In this document: one piece after another, positions 1-12,078 of the stretch
Position numbering within the stretch: the stretch's first letter is position 1
Layout of the letters: the number at the start of each line of letters is the position of its first letter
Source: Luteibaculaceae bacterium
Lineage (GTDB): Bacteria; Bacteroidota; Bacteroidia; Flavobacteriales_D; Luteibaculaceae
DNA: 60,538 nucleotides
Assembly: GCA_047618705.1 (NCBI GenBank)
Contig: JBLHJD010000001.1
Coordinates: 1 to 60,538, forward strand
Direction: 5' to 3'
Made by a program: the position numbers and the translations under genes
The notes under the pieces: model-generated
Told to the model about the DNA's origin: nothing
Database searches by the model: none
Seen by the model: only the letters and a program-made list of their open reading frames with translations

Positions 1-1852
1 ACAATGGATCCAAAGAATTTTGTCCATTCCAGAATTTCAAAATCTGAACAAAACCACTCAAATACAAGTAATCCTTCGTAAATCCACCACCCCTGAAAAT
101 CCGCGTTACCAAAGTAAATGCCTCACTTTCGTCCATGTTGTGGTCGTTGAGCAAAAACTGGAAACACTCCACAAAGTCGGCTCCATTACACATCATGTCG
201 CATATTACCACCCGCAAAGCAAGTTTCCGCAGGCGCTTGAGGGTAATATTTCCACTGAGGTATTCCGCCAAAATGGCTAAACCTTCCTGGGTTGAGGTGT
301 TCACCGGCAAACCTAAATTGAAAATTTTCAACTTCTGGTCGTTCGAGTTTTGGGTGGTAACCATGTGCACCCCAATTTCGTGCTCCACCAAAGCCGAGAT
401 GTCCGACTTGGTAAACTTAGCATCGGGCCTGAACAAAATTAATTTCCGGCTATTGAGAACCATCACTTGCGAAATAACCCGAGAGCTTTTCTCCATTTTG
501 CAATTGAACCCATAGTTCTTCAAGGCTTCACTAAACACCTCCATGGCCGCATCAACGTCCAAATACGGTGCCCGTTGTGGTTCCGATTGAATAATAGGTA
601 AATGCAGCAGGTAATTGGCGTTCTTAATATCTGTTTGACTCGGCCTTCCGAAATAACGCAAGGAATTGTACAGAAAGTTTTGACTGTTCAAAGAACTGAG
701 CAAGTCAATTTTATCGAAATAGGAATTAATCACCGACTCGTACATGTGCCGGATCGAAATATCATCGATATCACTGGTTCTCAACTGACTCAATTCCCGT
801 TTTAATTCAAAGGGATTTACTCTGATTGGTGCATACTTAAACTTCGGTAATTCCGCAAAACGGTTCCGTTTAAATCGTTTTTCCTCTGTTTTTGTGTTAA
901 TAGGGTTTACATATGCCAAAAGTTCGAAACCTTTGAGCATGTTATACAATCCACTATCCACCTTGAGAATATCCTTATCTATGGTTGTATCCAATAGATT
1001 CCCTACATTTTCGTAATGCCGTGAAGTGAAATTCTGGGTAAAATAATGGGCATTGGATAAAATAGCCTTTTTCAACTTTTGTTGAAGCTCCTTAATCCGT
1101 TTGGGAAAAGACTCCCCCGTAATTTCGCTGCAAAACACTTTTTTAACTTCAGTTGCTAGCACCAAGGTATTGTTGAAGTGTTTCCCTACATACTCCAGGT
1201 TATATCCGCGGCCGTAGAAAACGTCATTTACGGCGGTAGTGTTTTGCACTCCAGGCAATTGAATAGCACCCAATTCACCGGTCCAGTGATTTACAACTTC
1301 ACCAAAACGGGCGTTATCTACCCGTTCGGTTCCTGTATTAAACAAAGGAACTTCTCTATCCCAACGCTCATAGTTATAGGAATGCATATCGTACACAACA
1401 CAGGCTTTGTACAAGGCTTCCAACTCAGTAATGATGGCGTGCAATACTTGGTAATAACCAGCGTGCTTGCGTAAACTTTCCTTTTTCTCTTTCGGAGTTA
1501 ATTTACGGTTCCACACTTTTTTACCCCAGGCTTCTTCGTAAATGCACGTTTCCGGAGAGCGGTTCAAATCATATTCGAACCGGCTATCGCAGCCAACAAT
1601 TGTAATGGGCATGGCCGAGATAAAGTCACCTGTAAAAGGGTCTTCTTCATACCAACGCGCATAATCATCGAGCTCCATTTTGTCCCGAAGGTCTTTCCTC
1701 AGGTTGCTCCCATCGTGGATAGCGGTGCAGCAATACGGTACGTACCGGTTAATTTTTACAACAAACGAATTGTCGAGGGGCGTTGCAACAAAAGTCTTTC
1801 TGGCTTTTATTAAGGCAACAATATCACTAAGGGGTAACTTCTGCATTCCCAT
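1..1852 (-). CDS. N-formylglutamate amidohydrolase-like domain fused to a DUF1704 / QEGLA-motif HExxH metallopeptidase-like domain (C-terminus runs off the window start)
   Basis: The ORF track omits it because no stop lies inside the window. My manual minus-strand translation is open from the ATG at 1852 to position 2, with an in-frame stop just upstream at 1949-1951. It reads MGMQKYPLSDIVALIKARKTF...YCCTAIHDGSNLRKDL...MELDDYARWYEEDPFTGDF...SALVEHEIGVHMVTT...NTSTQEGLAILAEYLSG...FRGGGFTKDYLYLSG. HEIGVH (HExxH) followed by QEGLA is the DUF1704 signature. The plus-strand ORFs listed at 20-1474 are its antisense shadows. Confidence 0.8.
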   Translation of the reverse strand, partial: MGMQKLPLSDIVALIKARKTFVATPLDNSFVVKINRYVPYCCTAIHDGSNLRKDLRDKMELDDYARWYEEDPFTGDFISAMPITIVGCDSRFEYDLNRSPETCIYEEAWGKKVWNRKLTPKEKKESLRKHAGYYQVLHAIITELEALYKACVVYDMHSYNYERWDREVPLFNTGTERVDNARFGEVVNHWTGELGAIQLPGVQNTTAVNDVFYGRGYNLEYVGKHFNNTLVLATEVKKVFCSEITGESFPKRIKELQQKLKKAILSNAHYFTQNFTSRHYENVGNLLDTTIDKDILKVDSGLYNMLKGFELLAYVNPINTKTEEKRFKRNRFAELPKFKYAPIRVNPFELKRELSQLRTSDIDDISIRHMYESVINSYFDKIDLLSSLNSQNFLYNSLRYFGRPSQTDIKNANYLLHLPIIQSEPQRAPYLDVDAAMEVFSEALKNYGFNCKMEKSSRVISQVMVLNSRKLILFRPDAKFTKSDISALVEHEIGVHMVTTQNSNDQKLKIFNLGLPVNTSTQEGLAILAEYLSGNITLKRLRKLALRVVICDMMCNGADFVECFQFLLNDHNMDESEAFTLVTRIFRGGGFTKDYLYLSGFVQILKFWNGQNSLDPL

Positions 1853-2867
1853 ACAAATTTTCGGCCCTAAAGTCGGATTTGAATTTTTTTCGTTCCTCGA
1901 ATACCTTTTCCAAATAATCCAAGATCTTCTCCTGAAGTTTGGTTTTGTTTAGTTTATTAATGTCCGTAATGGTTCCGGGGCTGCATACATTTACCTCCAC
2001 CAGTTTACCACTGATGATGTCCAAGCCAGCGTAGTAAATACCATCGCGCACCAACTTTTCTCCCACCTTCCGGCACAAAATTTTGTCCTCTTTGGTCAGC
2101 TTGTATTTCTCCACACTTCCACCAGCCGAAATATTGGAACGGGCATCCCCTTTTACAGGTCTACGGCGCAAAGCACCAATAGGCTCTCCGTTCAACATTA
2201 GTACCCTGACATCCCCATTTTCTGCTCCTTCAATGTAATCCTGAACAATCACGTAATTAGAGGTATCCTTGTCTCTGTTGATATAAAAATCCAATAGGGA
2301 TCGGATGTTGTGCATGGCTGATTTTTCAATCACAATAACACCACTACCACCATAACCGTCGAGGGGTTTCATGATCATCTTATCATTCTCAGACTCTTTA
2401 ATAACCCGCAGGAGGTAATCGATATTTTTGGAAACGTGGGTAGCCGGAATCAGCTCACGATCTGGATCGGAATAGGCGGCTGTATATATTTTGTTATTGG
2501 CTTCCCGCAAACCATCAACAGCGTTGAGGATAAATACGTCATCCTTAATGGAGTCCAAGAAATTAAGTACCAACGCATCCAAAGGCGGATTATCGCGCAT
2601 AAAAATGACGTCGAATTCCCCCAAAGGGCGCATCCCTGACACAAACTCTGCAGCTTTATAAAACGAGGCAGGTTTGGAGGTGATGGGTAAGGTATTCACG
2701 ATGGTTTTACACAAACTTAAGGTAACACTATCGCGGATGGTTAAATTAGATGGATGGGTAATGGCCACCTCATGCCCCCGTTTAACGGCTTCGTGAATAA
2801 TGCGCAGGGTTGAATCCTGCTGGGCAACCACCTTATCCCAAGGGTACATGATAAAACAAATCTTCAT
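1827..2867 (-). CDS. ATP-grasp ligase, prokaryotic glutathione synthetase (GshB)/RimK-like
   Basis: The track ORF is 1827..3026. I trimmed it to M54 (MKICFIMYPWDKV...) because the upstream extension contains a terminator hairpin (2983-3013). The sequence shows a GshB-like N-domain (DVIFMRDNPPLD) and ATP-grasp motifs (MKPLDGYGGSGV, VQDYIEGAENGDVRVLMLNGEP, SNISAGGS). Its 3' end overlaps the ATG of the downstream gene by 26 nt. Confidence 0.8.
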   Translation of the reverse strand: MKICFIMYPWDKVVAQQDSTLRIIHEAVKRGHEVAITHPSNLTIRDSVTLSLCKTIVNTLPITSKPASFYKAAEFVSGMRPLGEFDVIFMRDNPPLDALVLNFLDSIKDDVFILNAVDGLREANNKIYTAAYSDPDRELIPATHVSKNIDYLLRVIKESENDKMIMKPLDGYGGSGVIVIEKSAMHNIRSLLDFYINRDKDTSNYVIVQDYIEGAENGDVRVLMLNGEPIGALRRRPVKGDARSNISAGGSVEKYKLTKEDKILCRKVGEKLVRDGIYYAGLDIISGKLVEVNVCSPGTITDINKLNKTKLQEKILDYLEKVFEERKKFKSDFRAENLYGNAEVTP

Positions 2868-2975
2868 TTTTTTTAGTTTATGTCTCCACTTTTCACGGCT
2901 CATCCCTTTATGCAATAGGCATTTGGCTAGCCGAGCAGAACATATCCAAGTTAGAAAAAGAACAAACAAAACGGC

Positions 2976-3013
2976 AAAAAAAATGGGGAAATCAAAAAAA
3001 ATGATTTCCCCAT
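2976..3013 (-). terminator. Rho-independent terminator after the DUF3467 gene
   Basis: A 12-bp perfect stem, atggggaaatca (2983-2994) with tgatttccccat (3002-3013). On the minus strand it is followed by a T7-8 run, which is the plus-strand A-run at 2976-2982. Confidence 0.7.
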
Positions 3014-3031
3014 TAATGAAGTTCAAATATA

Positions 3032-3355
3032 CTAGGCTTCCCCCATGGTTCCACCATAGTTCATTGGAATACCAACAGCATCGGGTCCACCCGCTGCTTC
3101 TTGAATGGGTCCATTTACACTTTCGTACTTTTTGATATTATCAGTAAGGGCGTGCAATAAACGTTTGGCATGGAAAGGAGTAAGTATTACTCTGCTTTTC
3201 ACTTTAGCTTTAGGCACGCCAGGCATAACCCGCACATAATCCAATACAAATTCAGAGATAGAATGGGTAATTATAGCCAAGTTGGCATAGGTACCTTCCG
3301 CCGTTTTTTCGTCCAACTCAATGTTGAGTTTGTTTCCTTTATTTTCTTCTGACAT
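3032..3355 (-). CDS. DUF3467 domain protein (the small protein usually found just downstream of rpoC in Bacteroidota)
   Basis: A 107-aa ORF, MSEENKGNKLNIELDEKTAEGTYANLAIITHSISEFVLDYVRVMPG..., located directly after rpoC. Confidence 0.75.
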   Translation of the reverse strand: MSEENKGNKLNIELDEKTAEGTYANLAIITHSISEFVLDYVRVMPGVPKAKVKSRVILTPFHAKRLLHALTDNIKKYESVNGPIQEAAGGPDAVGIPMNYGGTMGEA

Positions 3356-3368
3356 AATTGAAATTTAT

Positions 3369-3406
3369 AAAAAAACCCCGTCTCGGCTAGCCAAAACGGG
3401 GTTTTT
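3369..3406 (-). terminator. Hairpin/terminator between rpoC and the DUF3467 gene
   Basis: The stem is aaaaccccgt (3372-3381) with acggggtttt (3396-3405). It has an A-run on one side and a T-run on the other, so it is bidirectional in form. It probably acts as a partial terminator, since another same-strand gene follows. Confidence 0.55.
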
Positions 3407-3422
3407 AGTTTGTAAAAGTATA

Positions 3423-6400
3423 TTAGTTAGCCGCAGCTACCAATTTATCGTATTCCTCTTTTGAACCAACGATGATGTCTTGGAATGCACGGAAACCTGT
3501 ACCTGCAGGGATCAAATGTCCTACAATTACGTTTTCTTTCAATCCTTTTAACCCATCCATTTTTCCTGCAACTGCAGCTTCGTTCAACACTTTCGTCGTT
3601 TCCTGGAAAGATGCCGCTGAAATGAAACTATCAGTCTGAAGAGATGCTTTGGTAATTCCTTGCAACAAAGGACGAGATGTAGCAGCTACTGCTTCTCTTG
3701 CGGTAACTAAAGCAACATCCTTACGTCTCAAGATCGAGTTCTCATCTCTTAGCTTACGCGCAGAAACAATCTGACCTATTTTAAGGTTTTCAGAATCACC
3801 TTGCTCTTCAACAACCATTTTTCCGTAGATCCAGTCGTTCTCTTCCATAAAGTCGAGACGGTTGACACCTTGTTTCTCCAAGAAGCGTGTATCTCCTGGA
3901 TCAATGATTTCAACCTTACGCATCATCTGACGTACGATTACCTCGTAATGTTTGTCGTTGATTTTCACACCCTGCAAACGGTAAACCTCTTGGATTTCGT
4001 TTACAATGTACTCCTGAACGGCAGTAGGTCCTTGAATAGACAAAATGTCTGCTGGTGTTGTTGCACCATCACTCAAAGGCATACCGGAACGTACGAAGTC
4101 ATTCTCCTGAACCAAGATATGCTTGGAAAGTGGAGCAAGGTATTTTTTCTTCTCACCAGTTTTGGACTCAACAATAACCTCACGGTTACCACGCTTGATT
4201 TTCCCGAAGGAAACAATCCCGTCAATTTCCGCAACAACAGCAGGATTCGTTGGGTTACGTGCTTCAAAAAGTTCCGTAACACGAGGTAGACCCCCTGTAA
4301 TATCTCCGGACTTACCGGAAACACGTGGAATTTTTGCAACAACGTCTCCAATCTTAATGTCCTTATCGTCGGTAACAGAAATGTGAGCACCTACTGGAAG
4401 AGAATATGTTTTCAGAATATCTTTCTTCGCTCCCTTAATAACATTGATCGCAGGACTCTTTTTCTTGTCCTTTGTTTCAATAATTACTTTTTCAGCAAAT
4501 CCAGTTTGTTCATCAATTTCCTCTCGGTAAGTAATTCCATCTTCCACTCCTGTAAACTGAAGTTTACCATCGGCTTCCGAAATAATTACTGCGTTATATG
4601 GATCCCACTTACAAATCTGTTGGTCTTTGGTCAATTTCTGACCTGACTCAACAAAGATGGTAGAACCATAAGGAATGTTGTTTGTAGCAAGTACAACTCG
4701 TGTTTTCTCGTCAATAATTCGCAATTCAGCAGAACGACCTACAACGATGGTGATTTTACCATCTGGAGTTACTTTCTCTACTGTTCTAAGCTCATCAATT
4801 TCAAGAAGACCAGAATATTTAGCAACAATTTCAGACTCATCTGCAATGTTAGATGCAGTACCCCCAACGTGGAACGTACGCAATGTCAACTGAGTTCCTG
4901 GCTCTCCAATGGACTGTGCAGCAATAACTCCAACAGCTTCTCCAATTTGAACCATTTTCCCAGATGCCAAGTTTCTACCGTAACATTTGGTACAAACTCC
5001 TCTTCGTTGCTCACAGGTAAGTACAGAACGAATCTCAACCTCACCAATACCGGCAGCTTCAATCGTTTTCCCGATTTCTTCAGTAATTTCAACTCCAGAA
5101 TCACAAATTAGCTCACCCGTTTCTGGGTTATACACATCGTGAACTGTGGTTCTACCGAGGATACGGTCGTAAAGTGACTCAACAATTTCCTCGTTTTTAC
5201 GCAATGGTGATGCAATCAACCCACGTAAAGTTCCACAATCAGGAGCTGTAATAATAACATCCTGAGCAACATCTACTAAACGACGAGTTAGGTAACCTGC
5301 ATCGGCCGTTTTAAGGGCCGTATCCGCAAGACCTTTACGAGCACCGTGAGTAGAGATAAAGTACTCAAGAATCGAAAGTCCTTCCTTAAAGTTAGAAAGA
5401 ATCGGGTTTTCAATAATCTCTTGGGCACCGGCAACCGCAGATTTCTGTGGTTTTGCCATAAGACCCCTCATACCAGAAAGCTGACGAATCTGCTCTTTAG
5501 ATCCCCTTGCACCTGAATCAAACATCATGTATATGGAGTTAAATCCTTGCTTGTCATTCTTCAAGCGCTCCATTAATATGTTTGTAAGGCGGGAGTTGGT
5601 GTGCGTCCAAATATCAATAATCTGGTTGTAACGCTCATTGTTGGTAATAAGACCCATGTTGTAGTTCGCCTTCACGTCCTCTACCTCTGCATTTGCCTTT
5701 AAAATAAGTTCATCCTTTTCTTTCGGGATAATTACATCCGCCAAGTTAAAGGACAATCCACCTTTAAATGCCATGTAGAAACCAAGTCCCTTGATATCAT
5801 CCAAGAACCTAGCTGTACGAGCCATCCCAACAATTTTAAGGATATCACCAATGATATCTCTTAATGCTTTTTTGGTCAGGAGTTCGTTAATATATCCTGC
5901 TTCTTTTGGCACGTGTTCGTTAAACAAAACACGACCAGCAGTAGTATCAATTATTTCGAAGGTACCATCCAATTTTTCACGACGTACTTTAATGTGCGCG
6001 TGCATGTCTAGTTTCTTCTCGTTGATAGCAATCTTTACTTCTTCCGCAGAGTAGAAAGAAAGTCCTTCTCCTTTTACGATTTCCTCAGGAGTACTTTTCT
6101 TTCCTTTGGTAATGTAGTAAAGACCCAAAACCATATCCTGAGATGGAACCGTTACCGGTGCACCGTTGGCAGGGTTAAGGATGTTGTGCGACGCCAACAT
6201 AAGTACTTGCGCTTCGAGGATAGCTGCAGAACCTAATGGCAAGTGAACTGCCATTTGATCCCCATCAAAATCCGCGTTAAACGCCGTACAAACTAGTGGG
6301 TGAAGTTGAATCGCTTTTCCTTCAATAAGCTTTGGTTGAAAAGCCTGAATACCCAAACGGTGAAGTGTTGGAGCACGGTTTAGCAATACTGGATGTCCTT

Positions 6401-7703
6401 TAAGAACGTTCTCCAAAATATCCCAAACTACAGGTTCTTTCTTATCAACAATTTTCTTAGCCGATTTTACTGTTTTTACAATACCACGTTCTATCATCTT
6501 ACGGATGATAAATGGTTTGAACAGCTCAGCAGCCATATCTTTTGGCAAACCACACTCGTGCAATTTCAATTCCGGTCCAACCACAATTACCGAACGTGCA
6601 GAATAATCAACACGTTTACCAAGTAGGTTTTGACGGAAACGACCTTGCTTTCCTTTCAGTGAATCGGAAAGAGATTTAAGTGGGCGGTTTGCTTCAGTTT
6701 TAACAGCAGAAGACTTCCGTGAGTTATCGAACAAAGAATCTACAGATTCCTGAAGCATACGCTTCTCGTTCCGCAAAATCACCTCTGGAGCCTTGATCTC
6801 GATCAAACGCTTCAGACGGTTATTACGGATAATAACTCGACGGTACAAGTCATTTAAATCGGAGGTAGCAAAACGTCCACCATCCAAGGGTACCAATGGG
6901 CGTAATTCTGGAGGAATAACAGGTACTACCTTAATAATCATCCATTCCGGACGGTTCTCGAAACGCTTGTTAGCACCACGGAAAGCTTCAACAACCTGAA
7001 GACGCTTAAGCGCTTCATTCTTACGTTGCTGAGACGTTTCAGTGTTAGCCTTGTGACGTAGGTCAAAAGACAACTCATCTAATTTTAGGCGTCCAAGTAG
7101 TGCATGCAAAGCATCCGCTCCCATTTTGGCGATGAACTTGTTCGGATCATCGTCATCCAAAAATTGGTTTTCTCTTGGCAAAGCTTCCAAAATATCCAAG
7201 TACTCTTCTTCCGTAAGGAAATCCATGTACTCCAATGGCTCCGCTGAAGGGCGCGCCCCTATACCAACATTAATTACTGCATAACGCTCGTAGTAAATAA
7301 TTTGATCCAGTTTTTTGGTTGGCAAACCTAATAGGTAACCAATTTTATTCGGAAGTGATTTAAAATACCAGATATGAGCAACAGGCACCACCAAATTGAT
7401 GTGTCCCATGCGCTCTCTACGCACCTTTTTCTCTGTAACCTCAACTCCACAACGGTCACAAACAATACCTTTATAACGGATACGCTTGTATTTCCCACAG
7501 TGGCATTCGTAATCCTTCACAGGACCAAAAATACGTTCACAAAACAAACCATCTCTTTCAGGTTTGTATGTTCTATAGTTGATAGTTTCAGGTTTCAACA
7601 CCTCACCATGGGACTTTTCCAGAATCATTTCTGGAGAAGCCAAACCAATGGTAATGCGGTTGAATGCTGGGCGAACTTTAGTTTTTTCTTTTCTGAACGA
7701 CAT
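3423..7703 (-). CDS. rpoC: DNA-directed RNA polymerase subunit beta'
   Basis: A 1426-aa ORF with the Zn-finger [23 protein letters not shown] and the catalytic [12 protein letters not shown] motif. Confidence 0.98.
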   Translation of the reverse strand: MSFRKEKTKVRPAFNRITIGLASPEMILEKSHGEVLKPETINYRTYKPERDGLFCERIFGPVKDYECHCGKYKRIRYKGIVCDRCGVEVTEKKVRRERMGHINLVVPVAHIWYFKSLPNKIGYLLGLPTKKLDQIIYYERYAVINVGIGARPSAEPLEYMDFLTEEEYLDILEALPRENQFLDDDDPNKFIAKMGADALHALLGRLKLDELSFDLRHKANTETSQQRKNEALKRLQVVEAFRGANKRFENRPEWMIIKVVPVIPPELRPLVPLDGGRFATSDLNDLYRRVIIRNNRLKRLIEIKAPEVILRNEKRMLQESVDSLFDNSRKSSAVKTEANRPLKSLSDSLKGKQGRFRQNLLGKRVDYSARSVIVVGPELKLHECGLPKDMAAELFKPFIIRKMIERGIVKTVKSAKKIVDKKEPVVWDILENVLKGHPVLLNRAPTLHRLGIQAFQPKLIEGKAIQLHPLVCTAFNADFDGDQMAVHLPLGSAAILEAQVLMLASHNILNPANGAPVTVPSQDMVLGLYYITKGKKSTPEEIVKGEGLSFYSAEEVKIAINEKKLDMHAHIKVRREKLDGTFEIIDTTAGRVLFNEHVPKEAGYINELLTKKALRDIIGDILKIVGMARTARFLDDIKGLGFYMAFKGGLSFNLADVIIPKEKDELILKANAEVEDVKANYNMGLITNNERYNQIIDIWTHTNSRLTNILMERLKNDKQGFNSIYMMFDSGARGSKEQIRQLSGMRGLMAKPQKSAVAGAQEIIENPILSNFKEGLSILEYFISTHGARKGLADTALKTADAGYLTRRLVDVAQDVIITAPDCGTLRGLIASPLRKNEEIVESLYDRILGRTTVHDVYNPETGELICDSGVEITEEIGKTIEAAGIGEVEIRSVLTCEQRRGVCTKCYGRNLASGKMVQIGEAVGVIAAQSIGEPGTQLTLRTFHVGGTASNIADESEIVAKYSGLLEIDELRTVEKVTPDGKITIVVGRSAELRIIDEKTRVVLATNNIPYGSTIFVESGQKLTKDQQICKWDPYNAVIISEADGKLQFTGVEDGITYREEIDEQTGFAEKVIIETKDKKKSPAINVIKGAKKDILKTYSLPVGAHISVTDDKDIKIGDVVAKIPRVSGKSGDITGGLPRVTELFEARNPTNPAVVAEIDGIVSFGKIKRGNREVIVESKTGEKKKYLAPLSKHILVQENDFVRSGMPLSDGATTPADILSIQGPTAVQEYIVNEIQEVYRLQGVKINDKHYEVIVRQMMRKVEIIDPGDTRFLEKQGVNRLDFMEENDWIYGKMVVEEQGDSENLKIGQIVSARKLRDENSILRRKDVALVTAREAVAATSRPLLQGITKASLQTDSFISAASFQETTKVLNEAAVAGKMDGLKGLKENVIVGHLIPAGTGFRAFQDIIVGSKEEYDKLVAAAN

Positions 7704-7740
7704 AAATATCTAAAAGCAGGTTAAAACAAGGGAGTTAATA

Positions 7741-10700
7741 CTAATCGAACTTAATGTTCAATCCTAGACCAGCCAATTCGTTCAACAAAACGTTGAATGA
7801 CTCTGGAATACCTGGTTCTGGGATATTGTCTCCTTTAACAATGGCCTCGTACGCTTTGGCTCTACCCACAACGTCATCCGACTTAACTGTCAAAATTTCG
7901 CGAAGTATGTGCGCGGCACCAAATGCCTCCAGGGCCCAAACTTCCATTTCTCCAAAACGCTGACCCCCAAACTGAGCTTTACCTCCAAGTGGTTGTTGCG
8001 TAATAAGCGAATATGGTCCAATGGAACGTGCGTGCATTTTGTCGTCAACCATGTGAGCAAGTTTCAGCATGTAAATAATACCTACTGTTGCTGGCTGATC
8101 AAAACGCTCTCCCGTTTCACCGTCGTACAAATATGCTCTACCGTTTCTAGGCACTCCAGCCTCGTCACAGTAATTGTCAATATCAGTTAAGGTAGCTCCA
8201 TCAAAAATTGGAGTGGCGAATGTTTTACCAAGACGCTTACCGGCCCATCCTAATACTGTTTCGTAAATCTGTCCAAGGTTCATACGTGACGGTACCCCAA
8301 GTGGGTTCAACACAATATCAACTGGTGTTCCATCAGCTAAGAAAGGCATGTCTTCTTTACGAACGATACGAGCAACAATACCTTTGTTACCGTGACGTCC
8401 TGCCATCTTATCCCCTACCTTAAGTTTCCGTTTTTTCGCGATGTAAACCTTCGCCAATTTCAAGATTCCTTGTGGAAGTTCATCCCCAACAGATACCTGG
8501 AATTTGCGACGTTTAAAGTCACCCAAAATTACGTTATGCTCATTGTGGTAGTTACGTATTAGACGTTTTACCAAACTAGATTGGTGTTCGTCTTTGATCC
8601 ATCCATCGGCGTTTACAAAAGCATAATCAATGCTCATCAACGCTTTCTGGGTGAATTTAACGCCCTTTTTCACCAACTCTTCCTTGTACAAGTTGAAAAC
8701 ACCTTGTGAAGTTTTACCTCCAACAATTTTATTCAACCTTTCTACCAATTTGGCTTTTAATTCTTTTCCTTCCGTTGCAAAATCTGTTTCGAATTTCTCA
8801 AGAATAGCCTTATCAGCTGCTTTACCTTTACGGTCTTTAATAACCCGGCTAAACAACTTTTTATCAATTACAACACCTCTCAAAGATGGGGATGCTTTTA
8901 AAGAAGCATCTTTTACATCTCCCGCTTTGTCTCCAAAGATGGCGCGCAATAGTTTTTCCTCTGGTGTAGGATCACTCTCTCCTTTTGGAGTAATTTTCCC
9001 AATAAGGATGTCCCCTTCCTTGATCTCAGCTCCAATACGGATTAATCCGTTTTCGTCCAAGTCCTTAGTCGCTTCTTCACTTACGTTAGGAATATCAGCA
9101 GTAAGTTCTTCCGATCCCAATTTGGTATCTCTTACTTCCAATACATACTCGTCAATGTGGATAGAGGTAAAGATATCGTCGCGAACAACGTTTTCTGAGA
9201 TTACAATTGCATCCTCAAAGTTATATCCTTTCCAAGGCATGAATGAAACCATAAGGTTACGTCCAATTGCCAATTCTCCATTTTCCGTAGAATAACCTTC
9301 CGAAAGTATGTCCCCTTCTTTTACCTTTTGTCCTTTACGAACAACGGGTCTAAGGTTCATACAAGTACTCTGGTTAGTCTTGTGGAATTTAGTCAGTTTA
9401 TATACCTTAATGTCTCCTTCAAAACTGATATTCAGTTCTTCCTCAGACATTTCGTATTTCACGTGAATTTCTTTGGCGTCTACGTAGTGTACATATCCTG
9501 TTCCTTCTGCATAATGCAAAACACGAGAATCACGAGCTACAAGGCGCTCAATACCAGTTCCAACAATAGGAGCATCTGGTTGCATCAAAGGTACAGCCTG
9601 ACGCATCATGTTGGATCCCATCAGAGCCCGGTTTGCATCATCATGCTCCAAGAAAGGAATCAACGATGCTGCAATAGAAGCGATCTGGTTAGGAGCAACA
9701 TCCATCAGTTTTAATTCCTTCGGTTCAATAACCGGGAAATCCCCTTCCAAACGTGCTTTTACCCTATCATTGATAAATACTCCATTTTTATCCAATGGTG
9801 CATTCGCCTGTGCAATGATTTTGTTGTCTTCTTCTTCTGCACTTAAGTAAGTTACCCTGGTTGAATCAACTTTACCATCTTTTACATGGCGGTAAGGCGT
9901 TTCAATAAATCCAAGACGGTTTACTTTTGCGTACACACATAAAGAAGAAATCAAACCAATGTTTGGTCCTTCCGGTGTTTCAATAGTACATAAACGTCCG
10001 TAGTGAGTGTAGTGAACATCACGTACCTCAAACCCTGCTCTTTCACGAGAAAGACCACCAGGCCCAAGTGCCGACATTCTCCGCTTGTGAGTTACCTCAG
10101 AAAGCGGGTTGGTTTGATCCATAAACTGAGACAGCTGGTTTGTTCCGAAGAACGAGCTAATCACAGAAACCAAACTTTTTGCATTAATCAAGTCAGCTGG
10201 AGTAAATACCTCGTTGTCACGAACGTTCATCCGGTCCCGGATCGTTCTAGCCATACGAGTAAGACCCACAGTAAACTGAGAATACAATTGTTCCCCTACA
10301 GTACGAACACGACGGTTAGACAAGTGATCAATATCATCCACATCCGCTTTTGAGTTAATCAACTCAATTAGGTACTTGATGATAGCAATAATGTCGGAAC
10401 GAGTAAGTGTACGCTCAGTGGAAGAAAGGTCTTGACCTAATTTCTTGTTGATACGGAAACGACCTACTTCACCTAAATCGTACCGTTGTTCGGAGAAGAA
10501 TAATTTATCAATTACACCCCGAGCCGTCTCTAAATCTGGCGGCTCCGCGTTCCGTAATTGACGGTAGATATGTTCAACAGCTTCTTCTTCCGAGTTGGAA
10601 GTATCTTTCTGTAGTGTGTTGTATATAATAGCATAATCGGCCGCGTTAATATTTTCCTTGTGCAGGATAATACTTTTAACACCGGCTTCTAGGATTTGCT

Positions 10701-11553
10701 CGATATGCTGGTCTTCTAGGATGGTTTCCCGATCCAAGATAACTTCGTTCCGAGGAAGAGAAACAACTTCCCCTGTTTCTTCATCAACAAAATCTTCAAC
10801 CCAAGAGCGAAGAACACGTGCCGCCAACTTGCGACCCATTATTTTTTTAAGACCTGATTTCGAAACTTTCACTTCGTCGGCTAGGTCAAAAATCTCTAGA
10901 ATATCACGATCACTTTCATAACCAATGGCTCTGAAAAGTGTCGTTACTGGCAATTTTTTCTTCCGGTCGATATAAGCATACATCACGTTGTTGATGTCGG
11001 TAGCAAATTCGATCCAAGATCCTTTGAAAGGAATTACACGGGCGGAGTATAGTTTGGTTCCGTTGGCGTGACGGCTTTGGCCGAAGAAAACACCTGGGGA
11101 CCGGTGAAGTTGAGAAACAACAACACGTTCTGCACCGTTAATAATGAATGACCCTTTTGGGGACATATAAGGGATAGTACCCAGGTATACATCCTGCACG
11201 ATTGTTTCGAAATCCTCGTGTTCAGGGTCGGTACAATAAAGCTTCAACTTGGCTTTAAGGGGTACACTGTAAGTTAAACCTCTTTCAATACACTCTTCGA
11301 TGGAGTACCGAGGAGGATCAATAAAGTAATCAAGAAATTCTAGAACAAATTGATTACGAGTATCTGTAATTGGGAAGTTCTCATTGAACATCTTATACAG
11401 ACCTTCTTTATCACGGTTCTCGGGATTGGTCTCCAGCTGGAAAAACTCACGAAAACTCTTCAACTGGATTTCCAGGAAGTCCGGATAATCTATCGTGCTG
11501 ATAGAGGACGCAAAGTTTATTCGTTCCGCCGCCGAGGTTATTTGATTTGCCAA
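7741..11553 (-). CDS. rpoB: DNA-directed RNA polymerase subunit beta
   Basis: A 1270-aa ORF with conserved blocks [29 protein letters not shown] and [17 protein letters not shown]. It lies immediately upstream of rpoC. Confidence 0.98.
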   Translation of the reverse strand: MANQITSAAERINFASSISTIDYPDFLEIQLKSFREFFQLETNPENRDKEGLYKMFNENFPITDTRNQFVLEFLDYFIDPPRYSIEECIERGLTYSVPLKAKLKLYCTDPEHEDFETIVQDVYLGTIPYMSPKGSFIINGAERVVVSQLHRSPGVFFGQSRHANGTKLYSARVIPFKGSWIEFATDINNVMYAYIDRKKKLPVTTLFRAIGYESDRDILEIFDLADEVKVSKSGLKKIMGRKLAARVLRSWVEDFVDEETGEVVSLPRNEVILDRETILEDQHIEQILEAGVKSIILHKENINAADYAIIYNTLQKDTSNSEEEAVEHIYRQLRNAEPPDLETARGVIDKLFFSEQRYDLGEVGRFRINKKLGQDLSSTERTLTRSDIIAIIKYLIELINSKADVDDIDHLSNRRVRTVGEQLYSQFTVGLTRMARTIRDRMNVRDNEVFTPADLINAKSLVSVISSFFGTNQLSQFMDQTNPLSEVTHKRRMSALGPGGLSRERAGFEVRDVHYTHYGRLCTIETPEGPNIGLISSLCVYAKVNRLGFIETPYRHVKDGKVDSTRVTYLSAEEEDNKIIAQANAPLDKNGVFINDRVKARLEGDFPVIEPKELKLMDVAPNQIASIAASLIPFLEHDDANRALMGSNMMRQAVPLMQPDAPIVGTGIERLVARDSRVLHYAEGTGYVHYVDAKEIHVKYEMSEEELNISFEGDIKVYKLTKFHKTNQSTCMNLRPVVRKGQKVKEGDILSEGYSTENGELAIGRNLMVSFMPWKGYNFEDAIVISENVVRDDIFTSIHIDEYVLEVRDTKLGSEELTADIPNVSEEATKDLDENGLIRIGAEIKEGDILIGKITPKGESDPTPEEKLLRAIFGDKAGDVKDASLKASPSLRGVVIDKKLFSRVIKDRKGKAADKAILEKFETDFATEGKELKAKLVERLNKIVGGKTSQGVFNLYKEELVKKGVKFTQKALMSIDYAFVNADGWIKDEHQSSLVKRLIRNYHNEHNVILGDFKRRKFQVSVGDELPQGILKLAKVYIAKKRKLKVGDKMAGRHGNKGIVARIVRKEDMPFLADGTPVDIVLNPLGVPSRMNLGQIYETVLGWAGKRLGKTFATPIFDGATLTDIDNYCDEAGVPRNGRAYLYDGETGERFDQPATVGIIYMLKLAHMVDDKMHARSIGPYSLITQQPLGGKAQFGGQRFGEMEVWALEAFGAAHILREILTVKSDDVVGRAKAYEAIVKGDNIPEPGIPESFNVLLNELAGLGLNIKFD

Positions 11554-11576
11554 GCCTAAATAAATTAGATTAATCC

Positions 11577-11640
11577 AAAAAAAAGGGGGTGGTTATAAAC
11601 CACAAAATGGTCTAAGCAATCCCGACGCTTGTCGGGATTG
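11577..11640 (-). terminator. rplL-rpoB intergenic attenuator-like hairpins
   Basis: There is a 10-bp perfect stem, caatcccgac (11617-11626) with gtcgggattg (11631-11640), loop gctt. A 6-bp hairpin gtggtt/aaccac (11589-11603) follows, and on the minus strand it runs into CCCC + T8. The position matches the classical partial terminator between rplL and rpoB. Confidence 0.45.
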
Positions 11641-11671
11641 TTTAAACCTAATTTTACTAAGGGTTGAAGTA

Positions 11672-12043
11672 TTACTTCAACTCAACTTCAGCTCCAGCTT
11701 CTTCCAAAGATTTCACCAAAGCATCTGCCTCATCTTTGGAAATACCTTCTTTGATCGCTTTTGGTGCGTTGTCAACAACGTCTTTTGCTTCTTTAAGACC
11801 TAATCCGGTCAATTCCTTAACAAGCTTTACAACGGCCAATTTAGACCCACCTGCAGCTTTAAGGATTACATCGAACTCAGTTTGTTCAACTGCAGCTTCT
11901 CCGCCAGCAGCAGGTCCAGCAACCGCTACTGCAGCAGCAGCAGGCTCGATTCCGTATTCATCCTTAAGGATGGTAGCTAATTCGTTAACTTCTTTTACAG
12001 TAAGGTTAACTAAAGATTCAGCAAGAGCTTTAAGATCTGCCAT
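11672..12043 (-). CDS. rplL: 50S ribosomal protein L7/L12
   Basis: 123 aa. The sequence is [23 protein letters not shown]... with an Ala-rich hinge, then ...[19 protein letters not shown]. Confidence 0.97.
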   Translation of the reverse strand: MADLKALAESLVNLTVKEVNELATILKDEYGIEPAAAAVAVAGPAAGGEAAVEQTEFDVILKAAGGSKLAVVKLVKELTGLGLKEAKDVVDNAPKAIKEGISKDEADALVKSLEEAGAEVELK

Positions 12044-12078
12044 GATTATTTGATTTTAAAATTATTAACAACTAAAAA

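Noticed and set aside
20-1474. Plus-strand ORFs of 67-126 aa at 20-280, 135-515, 602-805 and 1178-1474
   Set aside because: They lie antisense to a long, uninterrupted minus-strand frame with clear HExxH/QEGLA and FGase-like motifs. Their sequences are low-complexity and match no family I recognise.
2868-3026. N-terminal 53-aa extension of the ATP-grasp ORF (track start at 3026)
   Set aside because: The extension contains the 12-bp-stem, T8 terminator of the upstream DUF3467 gene (2976-3013). MKICFIMYPW at 2867 is the GshB-like N-terminus.
8630-9295. 221-aa plus-strand ORF inside rpoB, together with similar ORFs at 9328-9714 and 10003-10353
   Set aside because: These are antisense shadows of a highly conserved gene. 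They are Ser/Pro/Leu-rich and low in complexity.
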